A stretch of 64,000 bases of DNA from Eubacteriales bacterium (GTDB lineage Bacteria; Bacillota; Clostridia; Oscillospirales; CAG-272): contig DBFVEH010000003.1 of the NCBI GenBank assembly GCA_048526005.1, positions 64,257 through 128,256 of the forward strand, in the 5' to 3' direction. The translations under genes and the position numbers were made by a program. The notes beneath the pieces were generated by a model. It did not search any database. It saw nothing but the letters and a program-made list of their open reading frames with translations, and was not told where the DNA came from. This document shows, one piece after another, positions 28,286-36,282 of this stretch; position 1 is the stretch's first letter, and each line of letters begins with the position of its first letter.

Positions 28286-31200
28286 TCAGTTCAAAGAATC
28301 GAGTGCGTTTTCATACGCTGTCTGTACTTGCTCGGCGGTCAAAGCGGAAGCGTAAATCTTTGCATCCACCATTGTCATATCTTTCGTGGGATAGTCGATC
28401 GGAGTTGTCGAAGTAACCTTTGCCGTTTCCCTGTAATCCGCACCGAGGCAGAACTTATTGAATGCTTCCGCGCCTGCGGGAGCAAAGTCTCCGCTCAGAG
28501 CCTGACCATTGGGATTGACACATTCGCCGTTGATGTAGAGATACTGCTTCCCTGCCGCATAGTCATAGACTGCGACGACATGCACAAGCTCCGTCGTCGA
28601 GGAGGCCGCTGCCGCCGTCGTATTCGCGCTGTCATAAGCGTTCTTCGAGGACGCGGTGATAAAGTACGGCTTGCCGGCATTTTCGGCAATGCCCCAGCCG
28701 CCGCGAAGTCCGGTCGAAGTCGCCTGCTCCGTGCCGCAGACGACACCCTGAACGCCGCCTTTTGTCCCCATGACATAGAACGCCTCAACCGTAAAGCCGT
28801 TTTCCGCCCATTCCTTGACGGCGTCGTCCGTGTCCAGCTTGTTGAACGTGCAAAGCACATATTCGCCGGAATTGCTCACGCGCAGAGCATTCACCGTCGC
28901 CGACTTCGTACCGGCCGTCACAGCCGCCGTGCCGACCGTCGCGCCCTTGTTCTCGATCGTAACATTGCCCTTTGTATCGGTAATCGTCCCATCCGAAAAA
29001 TCGAAATCCACGTATGCCTCCGGAGAGGTCGGCGTAACAGGAGTGCCTTCATCCAAAAGTGCCAACGCTTCTCCGTATGCGTTCTTCACCTGCTCGGCGT
29101 TCAGCGCTCCGGAGTAGATTTTCGCATCTACCATCGTCATATCTGAGGTCGGAAAATCGATCGCAGACGTCGAAGTGGCTTTCGCAATTTCCTTGTAATC
29201 CGCACCGAGGCAGAACTTATTGAATGCTTCCGCGCCTGCGGGAGCAAAGTCTCCGCTCAGAGCCTGACCGTCGGAGTTGACACAGATCCCGTTGATGTAG
29301 AGATACTGCTTCCCTGCCGCATAGTCGTAGACTGCGACGACATGCACAAGCTCCGTCGTCGAGGAGGCCGCCGCTGCCGTCGTATTCGCGCTGTCATAGG
29401 CGTTCTTCGAGGACGCGGTGATAAAGTACGGCTTGCCGGCATTTTCGGCAATGCCCCAGCCGCCGCGAAGTCCGGTCGAAGTCGCCTGCTCCGTTCCGCA
29501 GATAACGCCCTGATAGCCGCCTTTTTTGCCCATCACATAAAAGACTTCCACAGAAAAACCGTTTTCCGCCCATTCCTTGACGGCGTCGCCCGTTTCGAGT
29601 TTATTGAACGTGCAAAGCACATATTCGCCGGAATTGCTCACGCGCAGAGCATTCACCGTCGCCGACTTCGTACCGGCCGTCACAGCCGCTGTGCCGACCG
29701 TCGCACCCTTGTTCTCGATTGTGACATTGCCCTTCGTATCGGTGATTGTTCCGTCCTTGAAATCGAAATCCACGTATACCGTCGGCGCCGTAGGCGTATC
29801 GGGGGTATCCTCATCCAAGATTGCCAACGCATTGGCATATGCGGTCTTCACCTGCTCGCTGTTCAAAGCGGAAGCATAAATCTTCGCGTCCACCATTGTC
29901 ATATCAGAAGAAGGAAACTCAGACGTGAGCGTCGCGGTGATTCTTCCCTCAGTTATATAATCCGCGCCGAGACAGAATTTGTTGAAAGCCTCGTCTCTGC
30001 CGGGATAAAAGCTGCCTTCAATCGCGGTCGAGCCTGCCAAAACGCCGTTGATGTAGATCAGATTCAGCTTGCTTACATAATCATAGACCGCAACGACATG
30101 CACAAGCTCCGTCGTCGAAGAAGCACTCGACGCATAGGCACCCTTGTTATACTTGTTATCGCCATAGCCGGTGATAAAATACGGTGTACCGGTCCTATCC
30201 TCGGCAAGGCCCCAGCCGCCGTATTCCGTTCCGCATACGACACCTTGAATGCTTCCCTTCATGCCCATGACATAGAAAGCCTCGACGGAAAAGCCGTTCT
30301 CCGCCCACGCTTTGACGGTGTCGCCCGTGTCCAGCTTGTTGAACGTGCAAAGCACATATTCGCCGGAATTGCTCACGCGCAGAGCGTTCACCGTCGCCGA
30401 CTTCGTGCCGGCCGTCACAGCCGCCGTGCCGACCGTCGCACCCTTGTTCTCGATCGTGACATTGCCCTTCGCGTCGGTAATCGTTCCATCCTTGAAATCA
30501 AAGTCCACATACGCTTCGGGAAGCTTAGAATCCTCCGGATCGTTGCTGGCCGTTTTGAATTCCTTGGTAAGCGTGTTGCTTTCAGCTCCCCATGAGTCGT
30601 ATGCCGTGAGGGTAACCACGTAGGTACCGCCCTTTGGAAGTGCGGCAAGTTCCTTTTCCCATGTCGTCTTCATATCCGAAAGCTTGCCATGACGGTAAAA
30701 ATCGGAAAGAATGTTATAAGTCGCGAGCACATTTCCGCTCTTCTCCGAGACGACGAGCTGGTAGTGATGCACAAATTCATCGTCCGTACCGGACGCAAAG
30801 CTCACCGACACAGCCTGCGCGGAACCGGAGGTCGCCCCGAGTGTAACGTCAAGCGTGGAAAGCACCGGCGCCGCGTTGTTCTCTTCTCTGCCGCGGTCCT
30901 TGGAATATTTTTCAAGATGAGAACCGTCGGCTTCGGGACGGGCTACCGTCCAATATTCGCCGATGACCTCCTCATGGTAGAAGTCCATGCGCGTGATCCG
31001 CATATTGCCGTCTCCATCGATCTGCACGAGGAGACCCTGCGAGAATTCATCCTTGTCGAGCATCGTGGTATTGCCCGCCATGTCCTCATACTGTCCGGCT
31101 TCGATCGCCATATATCTGACCGAGCCGCAGCCAAGAGAGGTAAATCCGGTCTGCATGATGCTGCGCGGATCGTTCAGCGGGAAATGCAGATGTCCGCTGA

Positions 31201-32503
31201 ACGTCACGGCCTGCGGATATTTGTTCAAAATCTCCGTCAGATCCTTGGTATACCAATAGGTGCCGAGATCGCTGCCGTATACGGTGTCGTAGATCATCGG
31301 ATGCGTGAGGACGAATACGAACTGATCCGGGTTTTCCGCCGTCACCTGCGCGAGCGTCTCGTCGAACCATTTCAGCGCGTCATCGGTAAAGGTGACCGGA
31401 TCCTGAGACGTCGGAAGCATCGTGATCACATGGAAGCCGTTGATCACGCAGTGACGGTTGCCCATACTCGCAAGCGCTTCTGCATCGATATCCGTCAGGA
31501 AATAATTGTCGCCGAGCAGCGCGTCGATATTTTTCGCCTCCGACGCGGAATTCGCCGTCCACCAGCCCTTGACGTCATGATTTCCGGGCGTGTAGATCAT
31601 CGGAACCTCGGTGGGAGAAAATACGCTCTCATAAATGGCCTTGAAATAATTTGTCTGCTCATATTTCCCGCTGTAACCGGTGTCGATGATGTCTCCTACT
31701 GCGAATACGGCATCAAGACCGTCCGCGTCGTCGAGAAGAGCCTGCGCCTTCAGCTGCTGCAATGCGCTCTCAAATTTTTTCGCAACCGCATCCGTCGCGC
31801 TGTTCATAATGTGCATGTCGCTGATCGCGGCAAACGAAAATATGATATTGTCGGAATCAAACTCCTTTTGATTCGACTCGAAATATGTATCCAACAGTTT
31901 TTTAAACTCCTTTTGCATGTTTTCCCTTGCTTCGTCGACAATTTGCTGAATTTTCTCATTCTGCCCGCTGATCGTGGCGTCGACGAAAGCCTCCACCTGC
32001 TCGGCGGTCATATAAGAAGACAGCGCCTGTCTGACAATTTTTGAAATCTCCGCTGCCGACGGAGCATTGTCGAGCCCGCGTACAGCGTTATTCACGATGT
32101 TCCTCACTTGTGCCTCGGTCAGCTGTCCTGCCAAAGCCTCTTCCATGATCGCTTTGACCTGCGCCTCGGTCAATCCCGCGCCGCTCGCATGCTTTTCGGC
32201 ATACTCATCAAGCGCACGGTTCAGCGCTTCCGTCCATGAAGCCTCCTGCTTGGCAAGCTGAGAAGCAAGCTCGTTCTCAAAATCCTCCCAGCTGAGTCCG
32301 CTGCCTGTGCCGCTTAGCTTCGCCGCGATTTCATCAAGCTTTGCTTGAAGTGCCGCCTGATTCTCTTCCCGTTCCCGTTTAGCCGCTTTCATCTCATTGC
32401 CAAGGACAACGAAGCCCGTGATCATTGAGCCGGCCAAAATTGCGATAACAACGATGAAGATGACCAGTTCCGTTACCGTGAAGCCTCTTTTTCTTTGCCT
32501 CAT
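28286..32503 (-). CDS. Prepilin-type N-terminus + helical repeats + metallophosphoesterase + Ig-like spacer + 3 LamG-like modules (1405 aa)
   Basis: MRQRKRG/FTVTELVIFIVVIAILAG (Gly-1, Phe+1, Glu+5). Calcineurin-like motifs SDMHI, VGDIID, PGNHD, LTHP and GHLHFP. Three repeats of about 245 aa starting (P)xxYVDFDF(K/S)DGTITD. Confidence 0.85.
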   Translation of the reverse strand: MRQRKRGFTVTELVIFIVVIAILAGSMITGFVVLGNEMKAAKREREENQAALQAKLDEIAAKLSGTGSGLSWEDFENELASQLAKQEASWTEALNRALDEYAEKHASGAGLTEAQVKAIMEEALAGQLTEAQVRNIVNNAVRGLDNAPSAAEISKIVRQALSSYMTAEQVEAFVDATISGQNEKIQQIVDEARENMQKEFKKLLDTYFESNQKEFDSDNIIFSFAAISDMHIMNSATDAVAKKFESALQQLKAQALLDDADGLDAVFAVGDIIDTGYSGKYEQTNYFKAIYESVFSPTEVPMIYTPGNHDVKGWWTANSASEAKNIDALLGDNYFLTDIDAEALASMGNRHCVINGFHVITMLPTSQDPVTFTDDALKWFDETLAQVTAENPDQFVFVLTHPMIYDTVYGSDLGTYWYTKDLTEILNKYPQAVTFSGHLHFPLNDPRSIMQTGFTSLGCGSVRYMAIEAGQYEDMAGNTTMLDKDEFSQGLLVQIDGDGNMRITRMDFYHEEVIGEYWTVARPEADGSHLEKYSKDRGREENNAAPVLSTLDVTLGATSGSAQAVSVSFASGTDDEFVHHYQLVVSEKSGNVLATYNILSDFYRHGKLSDMKTTWEKELAALPKGGTYVVTLTAYDSWGAESNTLTKEFKTASNDPEDSKLPEAYVDFDFKDGTITDAKGNVTIENKGATVGTAAVTAGTKSATVNALRVSNSGEYVLCTFNKLDTGDTVKAWAENGFSVEAFYVMGMKGSIQGVVCGTEYGGWGLAEDRTGTPYFITGYGDNKYNKGAYASSASSTTELVHVVAVYDYVSKLNLIYINGVLAGSTAIEGSFYPGRDEAFNKFCLGADYITEGRITATLTSEFPSSDMTMVDAKIYASALNSEQVKTAYANALAILDEDTPDTPTAPTVYVDFDFKDGTITDTKGNVTIENKGATVGTAAVTAGTKSATVNALRVSNSGEYVLCTFNKLETGDAVKEWAENGFSVEVFYVMGKKGGYQGVICGTEQATSTGLRGGWGIAENAGKPYFITASSKNAYDSANTTAAAASSTTELVHVVAVYDYAAGKQYLYINGICVNSDGQALSGDFAPAGAEAFNKFCLGADYKEIAKATSTSAIDFPTSDMTMVDAKIYSGALNAEQVKNAYGEALALLDEGTPVTPTSPEAYVDFDFSDGTITDTKGNVTIENKGATVGTAAVTAGTKSATVNALRVSNSGEYVLCTFNKLDTDDAVKEWAENGFTVEAFYVMGTKGGVQGVVCGTEQATSTGLRGGWGIAENAGKPYFITASSKNAYDSANTTAAAASSTTELVHVVAVYDYAAGKQYLYINGECVNPNGQALSGDFAPAGAEAFNKFCLGADYRETAKVTSTTPIDYPTKDMTMVDAKIYASALTAEQVQTAYENALDSLN
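28289..30520 (-). repeat. Three tandem LamG-coding repeats inside the 1405-aa gene (about 28289-29023, 29024-29799, 29800-30520)
   Basis: Off-frame ORFs from the three units are near-identical (for example MT(A/V)S(S/P)VSSLLNVQSTYSPELLTRRAFTVADFVPAVTAAVPTVAPLFSIVTLPF at 28815, 29577 and 30312). Units 2 and 3 are near-identical over several hundred bp. Confidence 0.85.
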
Positions 32504-32525
32504 TGTTCATTCTCCTTTTCGTCTC

Positions 32526-32562
32526 GCGGAAGCGCGGAACCCATAAATGCCCGCGCCTCCGC
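32526..32562 (-). promoter_or_regulatory. 5'-UTR stem-loop upstream of the 1405-aa gene
   Basis: Minus-strand RNA: GCGGAGGCGCGG-13 nt-CCGCGCTTCCGC, a 12-bp stem. The single non-Watson-Crick position is G-U on the minus strand and A-C on the plus strand. It lies about 20 nt upstream of the AAAGGAG RBS. Confidence 0.4.
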
Positions 32563-32627
32563 AATAAATTTACATAAAATCGTGGAACAAAATCAACCTA
32601 TAACGCTGTGTTTTTTCTCCTGATCCT

Positions 32628-34877
32628 TCAATTCAAGCGATCGATCGCATCCTCATATGCGGTCCTTACCTGACCGCCCGTGAGCGCCGACGCATAGATC
32701 TTCGCGTCGACCATCGTCATATCGGAGCAGGCGAAGTCTCCGCCCACGCCTGTTTTCTTGATGTCGTTTCCGATACAGAACTTATTGAAGGCCTCCGACA
32801 GTCCGGTGCAATACTCGCCCGAAATGGCTTTGGTGTCGTTCAGAACGCCGTTTATATAGATTTTCTCCTGCTTGTTCTTATAATCATACACCGCCACAAC
32901 ATGAACGAGCTCCGTCGTTGAGGAAGCTTCCTTGGCGTATGCTCCCGCGTTATACTTGTTTCCTGCGATACCGGTGATGAAGTACGGCTTTCCCGTAACA
33001 TCCTCGGCAATGCCCCAGCCGCCGGACTCCGTGCCGCATACAACACCTTGTATGCTGCCCTTCTGGCCCATCACATAGAAAGCTTCTATGGAAAATCCGT
33101 TTTCCGCCCAGTTCTTCATGGCCGTTTCTGTTTTCAGCTTATCAAAGGTGCAAAGCACATACTCTCCGGAAGCCGCAACGCGCAGAGCGGTGACGCTCGC
33201 CGTTTTCGCGCCCGCCGTCACCGTAGCCGTGCCGACCGTCGCGCCCATGTTTTGAATCTTGACATTTCCCTTGGTGTCCACGATCGTTCCGTTCGAGAAG
33301 TCGATATCCGCATAAGCCTCAGGAAGATCCTCTTTTTCCGTGAGAGCCGCGCTTCCCGTCTTAAATTCCTTGATGAGCTGCGCGCTCCCAGCTCCCCATG
33401 AGTCATAGGCGACAAGCGCGACTACATAGGAGGTATCCGTATCCAGTATGCCGAGATCCTTCTCCCAAGTTTTCTTCATATCCGCCGTATTCGCATGACG
33501 GTAGAAATCGGACAGGATCCGATAGCTCTTCAAGATCGAGCTGTCCGTCGAATCGCCCTTCCAAATTGAAAGCTCATAATGATGCACAAATTCATCGTCC
33601 GCGCCGGACGCAAAGCTCACGGATACCGCCTGCGAGGAGCCGGAAATCTCGCCGAGCGTCACATCAAGCGTCGACAGCGTCGGCGCCGCGTTGTTCTCAT
33701 CATCGCCGCGGTCCCATGCGTATTTCGTCAGATGAGAGCCATCCGAGACGGGATAGGAAACCGTCCAGTCCTCGCCGATAATCTCGTCATTGTAAAAGTC
33801 CATGCGCGTAATCCGCATATTGCCGTTCTTATCGATCTGCACGAGAAGTCCCTGCGAGTATTCCTCCTTGTCAAGCATGGTCGTAGCACTTGCCATGTCC
33901 TCATAGCCGCCGGCTTCGATCGCCATATATCTGACCGAACCGCAGCCCAGAGAGGTAAATGCCGTCTGCATGATGCTGCGCGGATCGTTCAGCGGGAAAT
34001 GCAGATGTCCGCCGAAAGTCACGACTTGATTGTATTTCGAGAGAATATCCGTGAGATCCTTCGTATACCACATATCTGTGATGCCCGGATAGAGATCGGG
34101 ACCGAGGTCGCTGCCGTACACGGTGTTGTAGATCATCGGATGCGTGAGGACAATCACAAACTGATTCGGATTTTCTTTTGTGATCTCGGCGAGCGTTTCA
34201 TCCAGCCACTCCTTTGTGGCGTTCGTATAGGTCACAGGATTGGAGCTGACCGGCAGAAGCGTGATCACATGGAAGCCGTTCACGACACAGTGGCGGTTGC
34301 CCTCGTCGGCAAGCGCGTCTTTGTCGATATCGGTAAGGAAATAATCCTCGCCGAGGATATCGTTGAGATACTCGGCCGAGAAAACAGAGCTTCCCGTCCA
34401 TGCAACGTCGTGGTTGCCGGGCACGAAGATCATCGGCGTTTCCGTCGGAGAAAATGCCTTCTCATAGATGGCCTTGTAATTCTCCATCTGGCTGTATTTG
34501 CCGCCGTAGCCGCCCGAATCGATCAAGTCTCCCACGGCAAACACCGCATCAAGACCGTCCTCGTCGTCGATCAGCGCCTGCTTTTTGAGCTGGGCAAATG
34601 CGTTTTCCAGTTTTTTGGCAGCCGTATCCGTCGTGCTGTTCGCGATATGCATATCGCTGATCGCGGCAAAGGAAAACACAATGCTGTCGGAATCAAACGT
34701 TTTTGGAAGATCCGGATCCGTGTAGCTCGGAGAAGTCGTCCCCGGGTCCTCGGAGCCCGCCGTCGTTTCCGACGGCTTCTCCGAAGACGTTGTCGTATCA
34801 TTATCCTTGGTGGTACCGCAGGCGGCAATGCCCGTCAGCATGCCGGCCGCGAGAAGGAACGCAAGGAATTTTTTCAT
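32628..34877 (-). CDS. Lipoprotein: metallophosphoesterase + Ig-like spacer + one LamG-like module (749 aa), paralogue of 28286-32503
   Basis: Lipobox GIAAC. The same five phosphoesterase motifs (SDMHI, VGDLID, PGNHD, LTHP, GHLHFP). One C-terminal LamG unit of the short subtype. Confidence 0.85.
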   Translation of the reverse strand: MKKFLAFLLAAGMLTGIAACGTTKDNDTTTSSEKPSETTAGSEDPGTTSPSYTDPDLPKTFDSDSIVFSFAAISDMHIANSTTDTAAKKLENAFAQLKKQALIDDEDGLDAVFAVGDLIDSGGYGGKYSQMENYKAIYEKAFSPTETPMIFVPGNHDVAWTGSSVFSAEYLNDILGEDYFLTDIDKDALADEGNRHCVVNGFHVITLLPVSSNPVTYTNATKEWLDETLAEITKENPNQFVIVLTHPMIYNTVYGSDLGPDLYPGITDMWYTKDLTDILSKYNQVVTFGGHLHFPLNDPRSIMQTAFTSLGCGSVRYMAIEAGGYEDMASATTMLDKEEYSQGLLVQIDKNGNMRITRMDFYNDEIIGEDWTVSYPVSDGSHLTKYAWDRGDDENNAAPTLSTLDVTLGEISGSSQAVSVSFASGADDEFVHHYELSIWKGDSTDSSILKSYRILSDFYRHANTADMKKTWEKDLGILDTDTSYVVALVAYDSWGAGSAQLIKEFKTGSAALTEKEDLPEAYADIDFSNGTIVDTKGNVKIQNMGATVGTATVTAGAKTASVTALRVAASGEYVLCTFDKLKTETAMKNWAENGFSIEAFYVMGQKGSIQGVVCGTESGGWGIAEDVTGKPYFITGIAGNKYNAGAYAKEASSTTELVHVVAVYDYKNKQEKIYINGVLNDTKAISGEYCTGLSEAFNKFCIGNDIKKTGVGGDFACSDMTMVDAKIYASALTGGQVRTAYEDAIDRLN

Positions 34878-34999
34878 AATGGATTACCTCGTTTTTTCTT
34901 AAAAATATAGCCATGATAGGATATCCGGAAGCTCCAAATTCGATCAACAAGCGGATAAACTAAGACTTGTTTTATGATTTGCAATCATGAGCAAAATTA

Positions 35000-35974
35000 T
35001 CAGTCCAAAAGCGCAAGCGCATTCTCATACGCGGCCTTCACCTGCTCGGCGCTCAGCACCGAGGAATAGATTTTCGCATCCACCATCGTCATATCGGGAG
35101 TCGGAAAATCGATCGGCGTCGTCTCGGTGACCTTTGCCGTTTCCCTGTAATCCGAGCCGAGACAGAATTTATTGAACGCTTCCGCACCGGCCGGCGCAAA
35201 TTCTCCGCTGATCGTCTCACCCGCCGAATTGACGCAGACGCCGTTCACATAAAGATACTGCTTTTTCGCCGCATAATCGTAAACCGCAACGACATGCACA
35301 AGCTCCGTCTCCGAGGAGGCCGACTCTGCGGTCGTGTTCGCGCTGATATAAGCATTTCCCGATGTCGCGGTGATAAAGTACGGCTTGCCGGCATTTTCGG
35401 CAAGTCCCCAGCCGCCGCGCAGCTTTGTCGAGTTCACTTGCTCCGTTCCGCAGACGATTCCCTGAACGCCCTTCTTCTCACCCATCACATAGAAGGCTTC
35501 CACGGCAAAACCGCCTTCCGCCCATTCCTTGACGGCGGCGTCCGTTCCCATCTCACCGAATGTACAAAGCACATAGCTGCCGGATTCATCGATGCGCAGA
35601 GCGTCCAAGCTCGCGGACTTCCCGCCGGCCGTCACCGTCGCCTCAACGACCGTCGCGCCCCGATTTTCGATCGTGACATGCCCCTTTGCATCGGTGATCG
35701 TTCCATTTCGGAAATCAAAGTCGACATAAGCCTCCGGCAGCTCGACAATCACGGGGGGATCCGGTTCTTTTGTCGATTCCTCAGGGTTTGTCGTCTCCGG
35801 CGTCGATTCCTCGGGCTCCGGCCCCTCCGGTGTCGATTCCTCCGGCTCCGACGCCTCCGGCGTTGATTCCGCCGGTGTCGATTCCGTCGGCGTTGACTGA
35901 GCAGGTTCATTTCCGCATGAAGCAACTGCAAAAACAAACATGGCAGCCAAAATCAATGCAATCAGTTTTTTCAT
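35000..35974 (-). CDS. Lipoprotein: Ser/Thr/Pro/Glu-rich linker + one LamG-like module (324 aa)
   Basis: Lipobox AVASC, a STPE-type low-complexity linker, and a LamG unit of the long subtype (GTEQVNSTKLRGGWG...). Confidence 0.8.
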   Translation of the reverse strand: MKKLIALILAAMFVFAVASCGNEPAQSTPTESTPAESTPEASEPEESTPEGPEPEESTPETTNPEESTKEPDPPVIVELPEAYVDFDFRNGTITDAKGHVTIENRGATVVEATVTAGGKSASLDALRIDESGSYVLCTFGEMGTDAAVKEWAEGGFAVEAFYVMGEKKGVQGIVCGTEQVNSTKLRGGWGLAENAGKPYFITATSGNAYISANTTAESASSETELVHVVAVYDYAAKKQYLYVNGVCVNSAGETISGEFAPAGAEAFNKFCLGSDYRETAKVTETTPIDFPTPDMTMVDAKIYSSVLSAEQVKAAYENALALLD

Positions 35975-36020
35975 AACATTTCCTCTCAGATCTCACGGCA
36001 GAACTGCCGCTTTTTACTTA

Positions 36021-36049
36021 ATTATATATGTAGATAAATTTTTTGTCAA
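36021..36049 (-). promoter_or_regulatory. Consensus SigA promoter of the 324-aa LamG lipoprotein gene
   Basis: Minus strand: TTGACA (36049-36044), 17 bp, TATAAT (36026-36021), with a very AT-rich upstream region. Confidence 0.55.
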
Positions 36050-36180
36050 ACTCTTTTAACCATGAATTGGCAGAGAATTTTCTACAACTTTTTTGTGAAT
36101 AACAACTATATTTGATATATATTCAATTCAATTTCATATTATTATACATAATATTATACATTTTTAGCAAAGAACAATAT

Positions 36181-36216
36181 ACAAAAATAAAAAGGGGATT
36201 GATTCCAATCCCCCTT
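36181..36216 (-). terminator. Terminator after the marR-ABC-ABC operon
   Basis: Minus strand: GGGGATT-ggaatc-AATCCCC followed by TTTTTATTTTTG. Confidence 0.6.
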
Positions 36217-36282
36217 AAAATTTACGCCGGTCAGCATGTATTCAAATACAAGGAGCATGTACCGCCCAAAAGGACCGCGGAA

